A stretch of DNA of 64,000 nucleotides from Desulfomonilia bacterium (GTDB lineage: Bacteria; Desulfobacterota; Desulfomonilia; UBA1062): assembly GCA_050014195.1 (NCBI GenBank), contig JBEKDT010000003.1, forward strand, positions 64,001 to 128,000, written 5' to 3'. Of this stretch, positions 38,869-48,818 are shown piece by piece (the first letter of the stretch is position 1; each line of letters starts with the position of its first letter). The notes under the pieces were generated by a model. The model was not told the origin of the DNA and did not search any database. It saw nothing but the letters and a program-made list of their open reading frames with translations. Position numbers and translations under genes: made by a program.

Positions 38869-38940
38869 AAAAAAGATACCGGTAGTGAAACTACCAGTAT
38901 CATTGAGGCTTCATTATGCCCAAAGGGGTTACGATGTCAA
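38869..38940 (-). promoter_or_regulatory. greA sigma70 promoter plus leader terminator hairpin
   Basis: TTGACA-16-CATAAT (38940..38913), then GATACTGGTAG-TTTCA-CTACCGGTATC-TTTTTT before the RBS. Confidence 0.65.
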
Positions 38941-39096
38941 GTGGGCAATACGTAATGTGAACAGCGAGAAAGAGTAATACTATGAAAGGGTGTACCCTTG
39001 CATTTTTTTATGTTATGGACTTCCCCATTGACTTGATCCAGGGCTTCCCAGTATAGAGAGTCTCTATTTTACATAGTACAAAGTGGAGGAAATAGT

Positions 39097-39738
39097 ATGG
39101 CGGCAAAACAGAAGCTCACCCTTGAAGTCAGCGAGCGATCACTCAGAAAGAAGAAGGTCGACAAGCTTCGTAGACAGGGCGTCATACCCGGCATCATTCA
39201 CGGGAAAGATTTCGAGCCGGTTCATGTCCAGGTTGATGAGCGGACATTCGAGCAGCTCTATAGAAAGTCCCACGGGACAACCCTGGTGAACCTGAAACTC
39301 GACGGCAAGACTATTCAGGTGCTCATCCATATGGTTCATAGGGATAAACTCAAGGGTGGGGCCATTCATGTTGAATTCTTGAAGATAGACCCCAAGCGGC
39401 AAGTCACGGTGGATGTCCCGCTGGTATTTATCGGTATGTCGCCGGGGGAGAAGGAAGGCAAGGGCAAGGTTGCACACGAGGAGACATCCATCCACCTCAA
39501 GTGCTCACCCGCCGATATCCCTTCCGAGATCGAGGTGGATATCTCCGGTATCCTGGACAAGCATAATATCATCCATGCATCAGACCTGAAGCTTCCCGAA
39601 GGCGTGCATCTTGCCCACGGTGTGAGCGAGAAAAAGGTCATTGCAATGCTTGTCACCACCCGTATTGCAGAGGTCGCCCCGGTAACGGTAGAAGAGGCGG
39701 CTGCAGGTGCCGAAGAGGAGAAACCGGCCGAGGACTGA
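39097..39738 (+). CDS. rplY: 50S ribosomal protein L25/Ctc
   Basis: LRRQGVIPGIIHG, IHVEF, VDVPLVFIG, IPSEIEVDIS. Confidence 0.92.
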   Translation: MAAKQKLTLEVSERSLRKKKVDKLRRQGVIPGIIHGKDFEPVHVQVDERTFEQLYRKSHGTTLVNLKLDGKTIQVLIHMVHRDKLKGGAIHVEFLKIDPKRQVTVDVPLVFIGMSPGEKEGKGKVAHEETSIHLKCSPADIPSEIEVDISGILDKHNIIHASDLKLPEGVHLAHGVSEKKVIAMLVTTRIAEVAPVTVEEAAAGAEEEKPAED

Positions 39739-39739
39739 T

Positions 39740-41182
39740 TTAACCCTTGACCATGGCAAAGGGTTTGAGACGGGCTACCGCTTTGGCGATGCCGGCCCCG
39801 GTCATCGTGTCAACTACATCTGAGACATCCTTGTAGGCTTCAGGGATCTCTTCGGCAAGGGTTGCGCGTGAAGCAGCCATGGCGTGAATGTCCTTCCTAC
39901 GCAGTTCTTCAAGGATCTGTCTTCCCTTTGATCGCTTCTTCGCCTCATGCCGGGAAAGCAGTCTTCCCGCGCCGTGGCATGCACTGTAAAAGGTCTCTGA
40001 TGCGCCCTGCGCACCCACCATGATGAATGACGCTCTGCCCATATCGCCGGGTACCAGCACAGGCTGTCCGCATTTTCTGAACCTATGGGGCAGCCTCTTG
40101 TCGCCGGGCGGCAATGCGCGGGTGGCACCTTTGCGGTGGATGCATACCTCCGTTTCCGAGCCTTCCCACATGACTCGCTCCATCTTGGCAATGTTATGGC
40201 AGCAGTCATACAACAGCCGCATGCCAAGCCGTTCAAAGGAACCCCCGAAGACATGTTCAAAGGTCTCCCGAATGAGAAAAACGATGAGTTCCCGGTTGGC
40301 AAAGGCGAAGTTTGCAGCAGAGGCCATTGCCGTAAAATACTCCATCCCTTCTTTGCTCATAACAGGTGCGCATGCGAGCTGCCTGTCGGGCAGGCTGATG
40401 TGGTGGCGCGAGGCCGCAGCCAACATCTCATGCACGTAATCGTCACACACCTGGTGACCGAGACCGCGGGAGCCGGTGTGCACCTGAACCACAACCTGGC
40501 CTTCGGAAATCCCGAAATGATTGGCCGTCTTGCTCTCCAGGACCTTGTCTACCACATCGAGCTCAAGGAAGTGGTTACCCGAGCCCAAGGTTCCGAGCTG
40601 GGGCTGGCCGCGCTCAATGGCCTTTTTTGAGACCGCATCCGGGTCGGCCCCTTCGATGCAACCACCGTCTTCATGGGCATCAAGATCGTCATGAGGTGCA
40701 TAGCCCTTCCTCACGGCCCAGCGTGCACCATTTTCAAGCACACTGCTGAATTCCTTGTTTCCGACGGCAAGATCCTTGTTGCTTGACCCTACCCCCGATG
40801 GCACGTTGTTGAACAGCGATGTGAGGAGCTTGTCCAGAGAAGGCTTCACCTCGTCGAGTTTAAGGCCGGTCAGTATGCAGCAGACCCCGCAGTTTATGTC
40901 ATAGCCCACGCCGCCCGGAGAGATGATGCCGTCTTTCTTTGAGAATGCAGCCACGCCCCCTATGGGGAATCCATAGCCCCAGTGGATGTCCGGCATGGCA
41001 AGCGAGGGCCCGATAATACCGGGCAGCGTGGCTACATTGGCTACCTGCTGAAGCACATTGTCGTGTTCAAGGGTCCGCTCAATGGCATGGTTGGCATAGA
41101 TGAGGCCGGTGGTCCGCATGGGAGGGGCCTTTTCAATCTCGATGCGAAAGGGATCAATGCGTCTTATTTTAAGGGCGATCAT
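39740..41182 (-). CDS. rtcB: RNA ligase RtcB (long archaeal/eukaryal-like type)
   Basis: MPDIHWGYGFPIGG, GVGYDINCG, LGSGNHFLE, HTGSRG, HNIA, HRKGAT, CHGAGR, EEIPEAYK. Confidence 0.96.
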   Translation of the reverse strand: MIALKIRRIDPFRIEIEKAPPMRTTGLIYANHAIERTLEHDNVLQQVANVATLPGIIGPSLAMPDIHWGYGFPIGGVAAFSKKDGIISPGGVGYDINCGVCCILTGLKLDEVKPSLDKLLTSLFNNVPSGVGSSNKDLAVGNKEFSSVLENGARWAVRKGYAPHDDLDAHEDGGCIEGADPDAVSKKAIERGQPQLGTLGSGNHFLELDVVDKVLESKTANHFGISEGQVVVQVHTGSRGLGHQVCDDYVHEMLAAASRHHISLPDRQLACAPVMSKEGMEYFTAMASAANFAFANRELIVFLIRETFEHVFGGSFERLGMRLLYDCCHNIAKMERVMWEGSETEVCIHRKGATRALPPGDKRLPHRFRKCGQPVLVPGDMGRASFIMVGAQGASETFYSACHGAGRLLSRHEAKKRSKGRQILEELRRKDIHAMAASRATLAEEIPEAYKDVSDVVDTMTGAGIAKAVARLKPFAMVKG

Positions 41183-41196
41183 GGCTTAATCTTTCT

Positions 41197-41598
41197 TTAC
41201 ATATCGAGAATAATGGTTGCCACAAAGGCGTTGTCAATATGTGCGATATCGAGGTTGTGGTAGGTGACGGCCTTGATTTCGGTTGTCAGCGGCTTACCGG
41301 TATACGCACCTCGAACGACACCTCGTGCCTCTGTATCAGTCAGCCCCCGGATGGCTGCGACTTTAAGCCGTAAGCCTTTTACCTCGATGAGATAGAGGAT
41401 TTCCTGGAGCCACCTCACAAGCAGGTCCACCTGGTCAATACCCTGCGTCTCGATTATGATTTCCTCTTTCCCTTCATCACTTCGACCGCCAAGGATGTCC
41501 GCAAGGGCATGAGCAGCCTCTTCAAACAGGCCTTCAACGCTTTTGGCGTTTACTCTCATCCCGATGTCGGCAGTATGGTCTATGAGGGTGTACGGCAT
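41197..41598 (-). CDS. archease (RtcB cofactor)
   Basis: IDHTADIG, LVRWLQE, EIKAVTYH, C-terminal ILDM. Confidence 0.94.
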   Translation of the reverse strand: MPYTLIDHTADIGMRVNAKSVEGLFEEAAHALADILGGRSDEGKEEIIIETQGIDQVDLLVRWLQEILYLIEVKGLRLKVAAIRGLTDTEARGVVRGAYTGKPLTTEIKAVTYHNLDIAHIDNAFVATIILDM

Positions 41599-41790
41599 GA
41601 TGACCTTCTCCTCTTTAAGGAGACATCCTTTGTACTCCAATGGCTCAAGATTGTCATGAGGGGATCTTTTTACGAGTCACTGCAGCTCCTGTATAGGAAA
41701 GGACTTAAGATTATTACGGGCAGCTCAAGCAGGCATCCTTTCCATATCTCTGTATGGTGATTGTGCAAGGAGAACAGTCGCGGCCCTCGC

Positions 41791-42390
41791 TTACGAACCG
41801 TGGATCAGGCCTTGTTTCTTAAGTTTCTGCTTCAATGCCACAAGGGCCCGGTTCCTGTGACTGTGCGTATTTTTTTCGTCGTTTGTCAGCTGGGCAAAGC
41901 TCTTGCCGGTTTCAGGGTCAAGGAAGATTGGGTCATAGCCGAACCCGCCCTCACCAATGGGCCCATGTAAGATGACGCCGTCGCACCGGCCTGTTGCCGT
42001 AATCACCCTGTCCTTAGATATGGCAAGGGCCACTGCGCACGTGAAGTGGGCCTTCCTGTCTTCTTTACCTTCCATGAGTTTGAGCAAAAGCTCATAATTC
42101 TCCTTGTCAGAGGCCACTACGCCTGCAAACCGTGCAGTATGCACCCCCGGCCTTCCATCAAGTGCGTCCACGCACAGACCGGAATCATCAGCCAAGCTTG
42201 GATATCCGCTGGCACCCTGCCAGGCAAGGGCCTTGAATATTGCATTCTCCTCAAAGGTATTGCCGTTTTCCTCTACGTTAAGCTCAAGGCCTGCCTCTTG
42301 CGGGGTAATGATAGTAATACCGGTATTGGAGAGTATCTGGGAGATTTCGCTGATCTTGCCCCGGTTTGAGGTGGCGACCAGCACCTTCAT
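41791..42390 (-). CDS. rdgB: XTP/dITP diphosphatase (HAM1 family)
   Basis: [36 protein letters not shown]. Confidence 0.95.
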   Translation of the reverse strand: MKVLVATSNRGKISEISQILSNTGITIITPQEAGLELNVEENGNTFEENAIFKALAWQGASGYPSLADDSGLCVDALDGRPGVHTARFAGVVASDKENYELLLKLMEGKEDRKAHFTCAVALAISKDRVITATGRCDGVILHGPIGEGGFGYDPIFLDPETGKSFAQLTNDEKNTHSHRNRALVALKQKLKKQGLIHGS

Positions 42391-43163
42391 AGGATCCCGA
42401 GGACTTGTGACTGTCTTGTCATAAGCTCACCTATCCCTTTTTGGGCGAGATGGATGAGCATCATCATCTGCTGCAGAGTGAAGGGGGCCTTCTCGGCCGT
42501 GCCTTGTACCTCTATGATCTTGCCGGTCCGAGTCATGACTACGTTCATATCGACAGCAGCGCTCGAATCCTCTTCATAACTCAAGTCAAGGAGGATCTGG
42601 TCGTCGATGATCCCAACCGATACGGCGGCTACCTGTTCCAGCAGTGGGTTTTTTACAATGAACTGATGATCGAGCATAAAATTGACGGCTTCATGGAGTG
42701 CAACATATGAGCCGGTGATGGCTGCGGTGCGGGTCCCTCCGTCGGCCTGAAGCACATCACAGTCAATCCAGACCGTCCGTTCACCCAGATCTGCAAGTGA
42801 GGCCGTAGCCCTGAGTGAACGCCCGATGAGCCTTTGGATCTCGTGGGTCCTGCCCTTGGTCCTTCCCCGGGTGGATTCCCGTGCGGTCCGCACATTGGTG
42901 GATGCAGGCAGCATCCCGTATTCCGCCGTTATCCAGCCGCTCCCGGTATTCTTCAGATGCGGCGGTACCTTGTTCTCAACGCTGGCAGCGCAAATCACCT
43001 TGGTGTCGCCGATCTCGATGAGGCATGAGCCCATTGCATGCTTGCAGTAGCCTCTTATTATCTTTGCTTGTCTTATCTCATCAGGTGCCCGGTTGTCACT
43101 GCGTCGCAAAACCTTTGGCCGTATTATGCCTTTATCTTTCAACAGTTCCTCTATGGATGCCAT
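42387..43163 (-). CDS. rph: ribonuclease PH
   Basis: [53 protein letters not shown]. Confidence 0.97.
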   Translation of the reverse strand: MASIEELLKDKGIIRPKVLRRSDNRAPDEIRQAKIIRGYCKHAMGSCLIEIGDTKVICAASVENKVPPHLKNTGSGWITAEYGMLPASTNVRTARESTRGRTKGRTHEIQRLIGRSLRATASLADLGERTVWIDCDVLQADGGTRTAAITGSYVALHEAVNFMLDHQFIVKNPLLEQVAAVSVGIIDDQILLDLSYEEDSSAAVDMNVVMTRTGKIIEVQGTAEKAPFTLQQMMMLIHLAQKGIGELMTRQSQVLGIL

Positions 43164-43284
43164 GCAAGACCTTCATGCCCTTTCTACCGGCCAATTCTAC
43201 GGACAGTGATCTGAGAAGTCAACTCCAACAAATGTACAATCTCAAGTCTTGACACTTTCGCGGTGCATCATGTAATCCCTCATA

Positions 43285-44844
43285 GTGGCTGGGAGGCCAA
43301 ACCCTGTGATATCACTGAAATCTGCCGCATCACTTCTCGTCGCGCTGGCGGCAAGCCTTGCCCTGCTCATGCCGTTGGCCTTTTTCACCCCGCCCAGAGA
43401 CAGCGAGGTCTGGCTCTTTCAGACCATTACCGAGATGCAGGGGCAGCATCGCTTTGTGCCGGTGCTCAATAACACACCCCTTACGGGCCACAATCCCCTG
43501 ATCTTAAGCGTGTTGTCATTTCTTCCCATCAGGGATATTTCCAGCCCAAGGTTGGTTTGCTGCGTTTTGGGCTGTATTTTTATCGTGTTTGTTTTTCTCT
43601 ACTCACTCGCGCTCTTCGACCTTTCGAGTGCCTTTGTATCATCTCTTGTGGCAATGACGAGCCTGGGATTTCTCGCCCTGTTCGGGACATTGAACCTTAT
43701 GACATTGCCTGTCACCCTTGGAGCGACGGCCTTTGGTTTTTTCTCGATGGTCTACCTTAAGCGGCTTCATGCTCTTTGGTATATCCCATCGTATGTGCTT
43801 GCTGCGATGGCCGTTGTTACCGGGGGCTACTTCATGCTCATGTTCTTTCTCCTTGGAGCACTGCTGCTTATCCTGCTCGACCTTGCCCCTTCGGAGCTTT
43901 TTTCCATACATCTCATTGCGGGCGCGATGATTATAGCCTGTGCGATGATAGCCTTTTTCGCATCATATAGGATTGCACTGGGACAAGGATTTACGAATCG
44001 GGCATTTTCACAAGGCGAACATCTCGGCTTATTTAAAAGTTTGTATGCCATCATCACCTATGCATCTCCTTGGATATTCCTGATTATCCCTGCATGGCTC
44101 TATGGGGGAGGTCCCTCGGACCAAGAGGCCTGGAGGAAGCTGCTGCCCCTGCGGATCGCCATTATACTGGGAATTTTCATGCTCTGGTTTTCGTCTTCCA
44201 GCCTGCCCCAGTACGCCACGGTCCTTGTGGTTTTTACCGCACCGCTTATCGGGTGCTGGATATCACGAAGTATTTTCCATGGTGAAAATAAAGGCCCTCT
44301 GGGCTTCTGGATGATGGTCCTTTCCGGACTTACCACATTTCTTTGCGCGTTTGTGCTCCTGCTGCTCCCCTGGCGCTCCGGGTTTGCAATACAAACAAAG
44401 CAATTCCTTGCTGCGGCAGGATTTCTCACGGCAACATTGCTCTTCATCATCTTTACTGCAAAGCGCAAGATGTCCGCCCAGTTTATCCTCATTGTGTCCG
44501 CAGTCGCCCTTATTGTTTGGTATATGGCGTTTCTAAGCCCCGAGGACCAGTGGGATCGTAAGATATCCTATATGGAGGGCATTTCCAGGAACAGACCCTT
44601 GGTTGTGTATGAAGATGACCTTATCATGCGGGGATACATGAGCGCAGTAGATGCCGATGCAATGATTGCAGATAGAAATATCGTGCCCTTGAATGACTCG
44701 GCCTTTCTGGCAGTGAGCACATCGGATCTAGGCGGGCTGCTCGAAGGCCTGAAGGGACGTATGGACTCAATGGTTCTGGATTCTTACCGGGCGGAAAACA
44801 CCTATGCACTGGTGATGATCTCGCCCAAACGAAAAGTTGAATAG
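43285..44844 (+). CDS. ArnT/GT39-like multi-TM glycosyltransferase (GT-C)
   Basis: About 12 hydrophobic segments; DSEVW..ITEM..VPVLN resembles the ArnT N-terminal loop, though degenerate. Confidence 0.6.
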   Translation: MAGRPNPVISLKSAASLLVALAASLALLMPLAFFTPPRDSEVWLFQTITEMQGQHRFVPVLNNTPLTGHNPLILSVLSFLPIRDISSPRLVCCVLGCIFIVFVFLYSLALFDLSSAFVSSLVAMTSLGFLALFGTLNLMTLPVTLGATAFGFFSMVYLKRLHALWYIPSYVLAAMAVVTGGYFMLMFFLLGALLLILLDLAPSELFSIHLIAGAMIIACAMIAFFASYRIALGQGFTNRAFSQGEHLGLFKSLYAIITYASPWIFLIIPAWLYGGGPSDQEAWRKLLPLRIAIILGIFMLWFSSSSLPQYATVLVVFTAPLIGCWISRSIFHGENKGPLGFWMMVLSGLTTFLCAFVLLLLPWRSGFAIQTKQFLAAAGFLTATLLFIIFTAKRKMSAQFILIVSAVALIVWYMAFLSPEDQWDRKISYMEGISRNRPLVVYEDDLIMRGYMSAVDADAMIADRNIVPLNDSAFLAVSTSDLGGLLEGLKGRMDSMVLDSYRAENTYALVMISPKRKVE

Positions 44845-44845
44845 A

Positions 44846-46840
44846 TTACCCCTTAGGCCGCTTCAATCGATCTTCGAGTGCCTTCAGAAGGATGCTTAAT
44901 TTGTTCCGCGCATCACCTTCATTGAGCATGGGGTAGAGTGCACTGTATAGCTCATATGCCTTGTTCATGTCCTGCATGCTCGTATAGGTTCCGGCCAGGT
45001 CACTCAGGAGGAACTTGTCATGGCGCATTCCCGGCTCTGCAAGGGCAAGGTAGTGATAAGCCTCATCCTTCCTACCTATCTTCCATGCGGAAAATCCGAG
45101 CTGGTAGTATGCATTCATCATGTAGTTGGGCGAGCCTGTGACGTTATCATGAAAGAGCCTGGTGTACAGCTCATAGGTGTCTTTATAATCTCTATTCCCG
45201 AAATAAGCGTAAGCAAGGCCCATCCGCGCCTCCGGCAGATCGGGCTTGAGCTTGAGGGCCTGTTTATAGTTGTTTATGGCATTATCATACTGTTTCATCA
45301 TCATCTGGGCCAGGGCCAGATTGCTTATGGCAAGATAGTCATAGGGCAAGGCCTTGATAGCCCTTAAACAGAGTTCCTGGACCTCGGGAAAGCGGCCCTG
45401 GTGAATATAGATTGCAGCAAGATTAACGTTTGCCGGGCTTGAATTCGGATACTTTGCAAGGGTGTCTTCCCACAAGGTCTGACTGTTTCTCCAGATACCT
45501 TCCTGCCTGAAAGTCATGTAGGCATAAAAGAGTGTCACAAAACAGAACAAACCGATGGCAAGGGCCATGGGAAAACGTCTGGAAAGGATGCTGTGATTGA
45601 GCTGCAGATGCCAGAGCTTGGTGAACAAGTATCCGAGCAACATGCACCAGCTCAGAGAAGGGAGCAGGGCATAGCGGTCTGTCATGAATTGGGATATGGG
45701 GAAGATGTGGGATACCGGAAGGAGAAAGATATAATGCCATGCAACAAAAAAGCTGTAGAGATACCATTTCTTCATAAAAGCCGCTCCCGCACTGATGATA
45801 AACAGCACATTGAGTCCTAAAAACACCCATGGTTGCCAGGTGTGCGGGTTGGTGTACAGATGGATGGGATAGTCCGCTGAATAGTTGATGGTAAAGCCAA
45901 TGAGTTCAATGTAGCTGATGAGGATCTGGGATACGGCCAGCAGATTTGTGGAAAATCTTCCACCATGGTAGGGTTTGATTCCGCCGGTGTCTTGCATCAT
46001 GGTGACGAGCCGGACGATCATGGGTATTGCGATACCAATTACAATTAAATAAAATACAAGTCTAATTTTTAAATTATTTGGAAGTTCTCCCCAGAATGAC
46101 CATAAGCTTGACCAGAAGCTTTTGGGATGGTCAGTTTCGTCTTTTTTAAACATTATAGAAATATGTTTAATGATCCTAGATAATAAGGATTTTTCACCTA
46201 ACCTAGCCTGCAAGGCTATGTCAAGTACAAACATGACTCCGGGAATGATGAGCGCCGTGGGCTTGGACATGATGGCCAGTAAGAGTGCTGCAGCGCTTAA
46301 CAGGTAATACTTCCAGGAGTCAAGCCGGGCCTTGATGAAGGCCCACAATGAGATGAAGGTGAAGAGGCCCAGCAGGGGTTCCTTTCTCGCATAAAGCCAC
46401 GCCACGCTTTCCACATGTACAGGATGCACGGCAAAGAGTACGGATGTGAGCGCCGCCCAGATGTAACACTCGTCTGGATCATCATGAAAGACCTTTAAAA
46501 GCTCACGCAAAAAGGCATAACATGCAATTACCATAAGGATATAGAGGATGATGCTCTGAAGATGTATACCAAAGACCACCATATTTTCATCCTTATCACC
46601 CCAGAGGCTGAAGTCGAACATATAGCTCAGGTCCCTCATGGGCTGGTAGGTGGCGGCGCTTCGGTATGTCAGTATTGCCTTGAGGTTATCCCAGGTAACG
46701 CTATGGATTAAGGTATTTTTAAAAAGCGTAGGGTCATCCCAGTTGGTGGCGCTGTTGCCAAAGATATTGAAGTACACGGCAAAGATCATCACACCCAGCA
46801 GTATGCTGATGATCAGAGGTGATCGTATTCTTTCTGTCAT
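44846..46840 (-). CDS. TMTC-like GT-C protein O-mannosyltransferase homolog with C-terminal TPRs
   Basis: NWDD, YQPMR, LFAVHPVHVESVAW..RKE, MTDRYALLP, IWRNSQTLWED, TPRs. Confidence 0.82.
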   Translation of the reverse strand: MTERIRSPLIISILLGVMIFAVYFNIFGNSATNWDDPTLFKNTLIHSVTWDNLKAILTYRSAATYQPMRDLSYMFDFSLWGDKDENMVVFGIHLQSIILYILMVIACYAFLRELLKVFHDDPDECYIWAALTSVLFAVHPVHVESVAWLYARKEPLLGLFTFISLWAFIKARLDSWKYYLLSAAALLLAIMSKPTALIIPGVMFVLDIALQARLGEKSLLSRIIKHISIMFKKDETDHPKSFWSSLWSFWGELPNNLKIRLVFYLIVIGIAIPMIVRLVTMMQDTGGIKPYHGGRFSTNLLAVSQILISYIELIGFTINYSADYPIHLYTNPHTWQPWVFLGLNVLFIISAGAAFMKKWYLYSFFVAWHYIFLLPVSHIFPISQFMTDRYALLPSLSWCMLLGYLFTKLWHLQLNHSILSRRFPMALAIGLFCFVTLFYAYMTFRQEGIWRNSQTLWEDTLAKYPNSSPANVNLAAIYIHQGRFPEVQELCLRAIKALPYDYLAISNLALAQMMMKQYDNAINNYKQALKLKPDLPEARMGLAYAYFGNRDYKDTYELYTRLFHDNVTGSPNYMMNAYYQLGFSAWKIGRKDEAYHYLALAEPGMRHDKFLLSDLAGTYTSMQDMNKAYELYSALYPMLNEGDARNKLSILLKALEDRLKRPKG

Positions 46841-47033
46841 GGCCTAAAAAATCCTTTCGTTAATACATGCCGAAACATTCTCCTTCATGCGGAATACGAT
46901 AACATCACTTTTTCCGGTCTACAAGGCTTTAAAACATACCCATTTCATGTCCGGTGCTTTCACTTTTGTTTCACCTGTACATTCCGGACGATGCTTGCTA
47001 TCATCCGCTGTTAAGGGCTTCAAGGGGGTAGTT

Positions 47034-48194
47034 ATGTCTGTTTCGGCTAAAATGCTTCAATTTATGGAAAATGCCTCGTGGATCCGGAAGATGTTCGAGG
47101 AAGGGGCCCGGCTGAAATCCATCCACGGCCCAGACCATGTATTTGATTTCAGCCTTGGCAACCCCGACATTCCCCCCCCCGGTCATGCCCTTGAATCCAT
47201 GGCAACACACGCCAGGACCATGTTCCATGGCTATATGGCCAATGCCGGTTATGCAGATGTCCGTTCATCCATTGCCGTACATCTCTCCGGCATGTATGAA
47301 GTCGCCCTCACGGGAGACGACATCATCATGTCCTGTGGAGCCGGCGGCGGTCTGAATGTAGTCCTGAAGGCCGTTCTCGATCCCGGTGATGAGGTGCTTG
47401 TCCTTGCACCGTACTTTGTGGAGTATGGTTTCTATGCCGACAACCATGGCGGAAGGATTGTTGTTGCCCAGTGCGACGAGCAGTTCCTCCCGAACATGGA
47501 CAAGATCGCAGAGAAAATCACCCCTCGCACCAAGGCCATCATCATAAATACGCCCAATAACCCCACAGGCAGGGTCTATCCGGAGAGCATCTTAAGGGGG
47601 ATCGGTGAGTTGATCAAAAGACATCCCCATGTGGTGGTTATCTCTGATGAGCCCTACCGGGCCATTGTCTATGACAAACGCGAGGTTCCTTCCGTGCTCA
47701 AGCACATCCCTAATTCCGTGGTTGTCACCTCGGCATCCAAGGAGCTTTCGCTGGCAGGAGAACGCATCGGCTACATCGCGGTAAGCCCTGTGCTTGCTCA
47801 GAAGAAAGAGATTGTCGGCGCCATGATCCTTGCCACCCGCATACTCGGCTTTGTCAATGCCCCTGCACTTATGCAGAAGGTTCTGGCCGATTGTCTGGAT
47901 GAGCGTGTCGATGTGGAGATCTACCGAAGACGGCGCGATGTGATGAAGGCGATATTTGATGATGCCGGCCTTCGCTATGCATCGCCCGATGGGGCATTCT
48001 ATCTCTTTGTGCAATCCCCCGTCAAAGACGAGATGACATTCTTAAATGCCCTGGTTGATGAACGCGTCCTGGCTGTCCCCGGAAGGGGTTTCGGCTGCCC
48101 CGGCTATGTGAGATTTGCTTACTGTGTGGATGAGGGAATCATCAAAGGCGCGGCCCGGGGCATTAAGAAAGCGGTGGAGAAAAGCCTTATTTAG
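47034..48194 (+). CDS. class I/II PLP-dependent (aspartate-type) aminotransferase
   Basis: [43 protein letters not shown]. Confidence 0.92.
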   Translation: MSVSAKMLQFMENASWIRKMFEEGARLKSIHGPDHVFDFSLGNPDIPPPGHALESMATHARTMFHGYMANAGYADVRSSIAVHLSGMYEVALTGDDIIMSCGAGGGLNVVLKAVLDPGDEVLVLAPYFVEYGFYADNHGGRIVVAQCDEQFLPNMDKIAEKITPRTKAIIINTPNNPTGRVYPESILRGIGELIKRHPHVVVISDEPYRAIVYDKREVPSVLKHIPNSVVVTSASKELSLAGERIGYIAVSPVLAQKKEIVGAMILATRILGFVNAPALMQKVLADCLDERVDVEIYRRRRDVMKAIFDDAGLRYASPDGAFYLFVQSPVKDEMTFLNALVDERVLAVPGRGFGCPGYVRFAYCVDEGIIKGAARGIKKAVEKSLI

Positions 48195-48619
48195 AACGGC
48201 ACATCATCGAACTCTGGAGAACCCGGCACGCCTTCGCTCGATCCGAGATCGGACCCTTCAACACCCTGACCCCTGTCTCCGCCCTCCACAGGACTTAAGA
48301 TCTGCATGGTATTTGCGACGATCTCGGTGGTGTAGCGCTTATTCCCGTCGCGATCGTCCCACTGCCTGGTCTGGAGCCTGCCTTCTACGTATACCTGCTT
48401 GCCCTTGCTCAGCAGCTTGGCGCAATTCTCAGCAAGCTTGCCCCACGTAACAATGCGGTGCCACTCGGTGCGCTCCTGCCGCTCTCCGCTCTGGTCTGTC
48501 CAGTTTTCATTGGTGGCCAGCGTGAAGTTGGTGACCGCCTTGCCGCTCGGGGTAAACCTCATCTCCGGGTCCTTGCCCAATCGGCCGATCAAGATAACCT
48601 TATTAATAGAACCTGCCAT
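48191..48619 (-). CDS. ssb: single-stranded DNA-binding protein
   Basis: [32 protein letters not shown]-terminal DDVPF. Confidence 0.97.
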   Translation of the reverse strand: MAGSINKVILIGRLGKDPEMRFTPSGKAVTNFTLATNENWTDQSGERQERTEWHRIVTWGKLAENCAKLLSKGKQVYVEGRLQTRQWDDRDGNKRYTTEIVANTMQILSPVEGGDRGQGVEGSDLGSSEGVPGSPEFDDVPF

Positions 48620-48765
48620 GAAAAACCTCCTGAATTATTGGCGCAAAGTATGGGTATCGATTCAAAACGCACCATCAACCAAGAACAGGTCATGTCGCAT
48701 TCTTTTGACTTTACTTATGCAACTTATCTTACTCCAAAGCAATAAGATCCTCAAGGAAACAGGGC

Positions 48766-48799
48766 AAAAAAAGAGGCTGCCAATTCTGACAGCCTCTTT
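48766..48799 (-). terminator. intrinsic terminator after the thiolase gene
   Basis: AAAGAGGCTGCCA-ATTC-TGACAGCCTCTTT with a flanking A-run. Confidence 0.75.
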
Positions 48800-48818
48800 A
48801 TTATGTACTGATCCGCTC

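Noticed and set aside
39740-41182. Intein in RtcB
   Set aside because: The 480-aa length is normal and the motifs are contiguous.
41599-41790. tRNA or Y RNA after rdgB
   Set aside because: No cloverleaf or T-loop consensus could be found by eye, and there is no Ro60 gene nearby.
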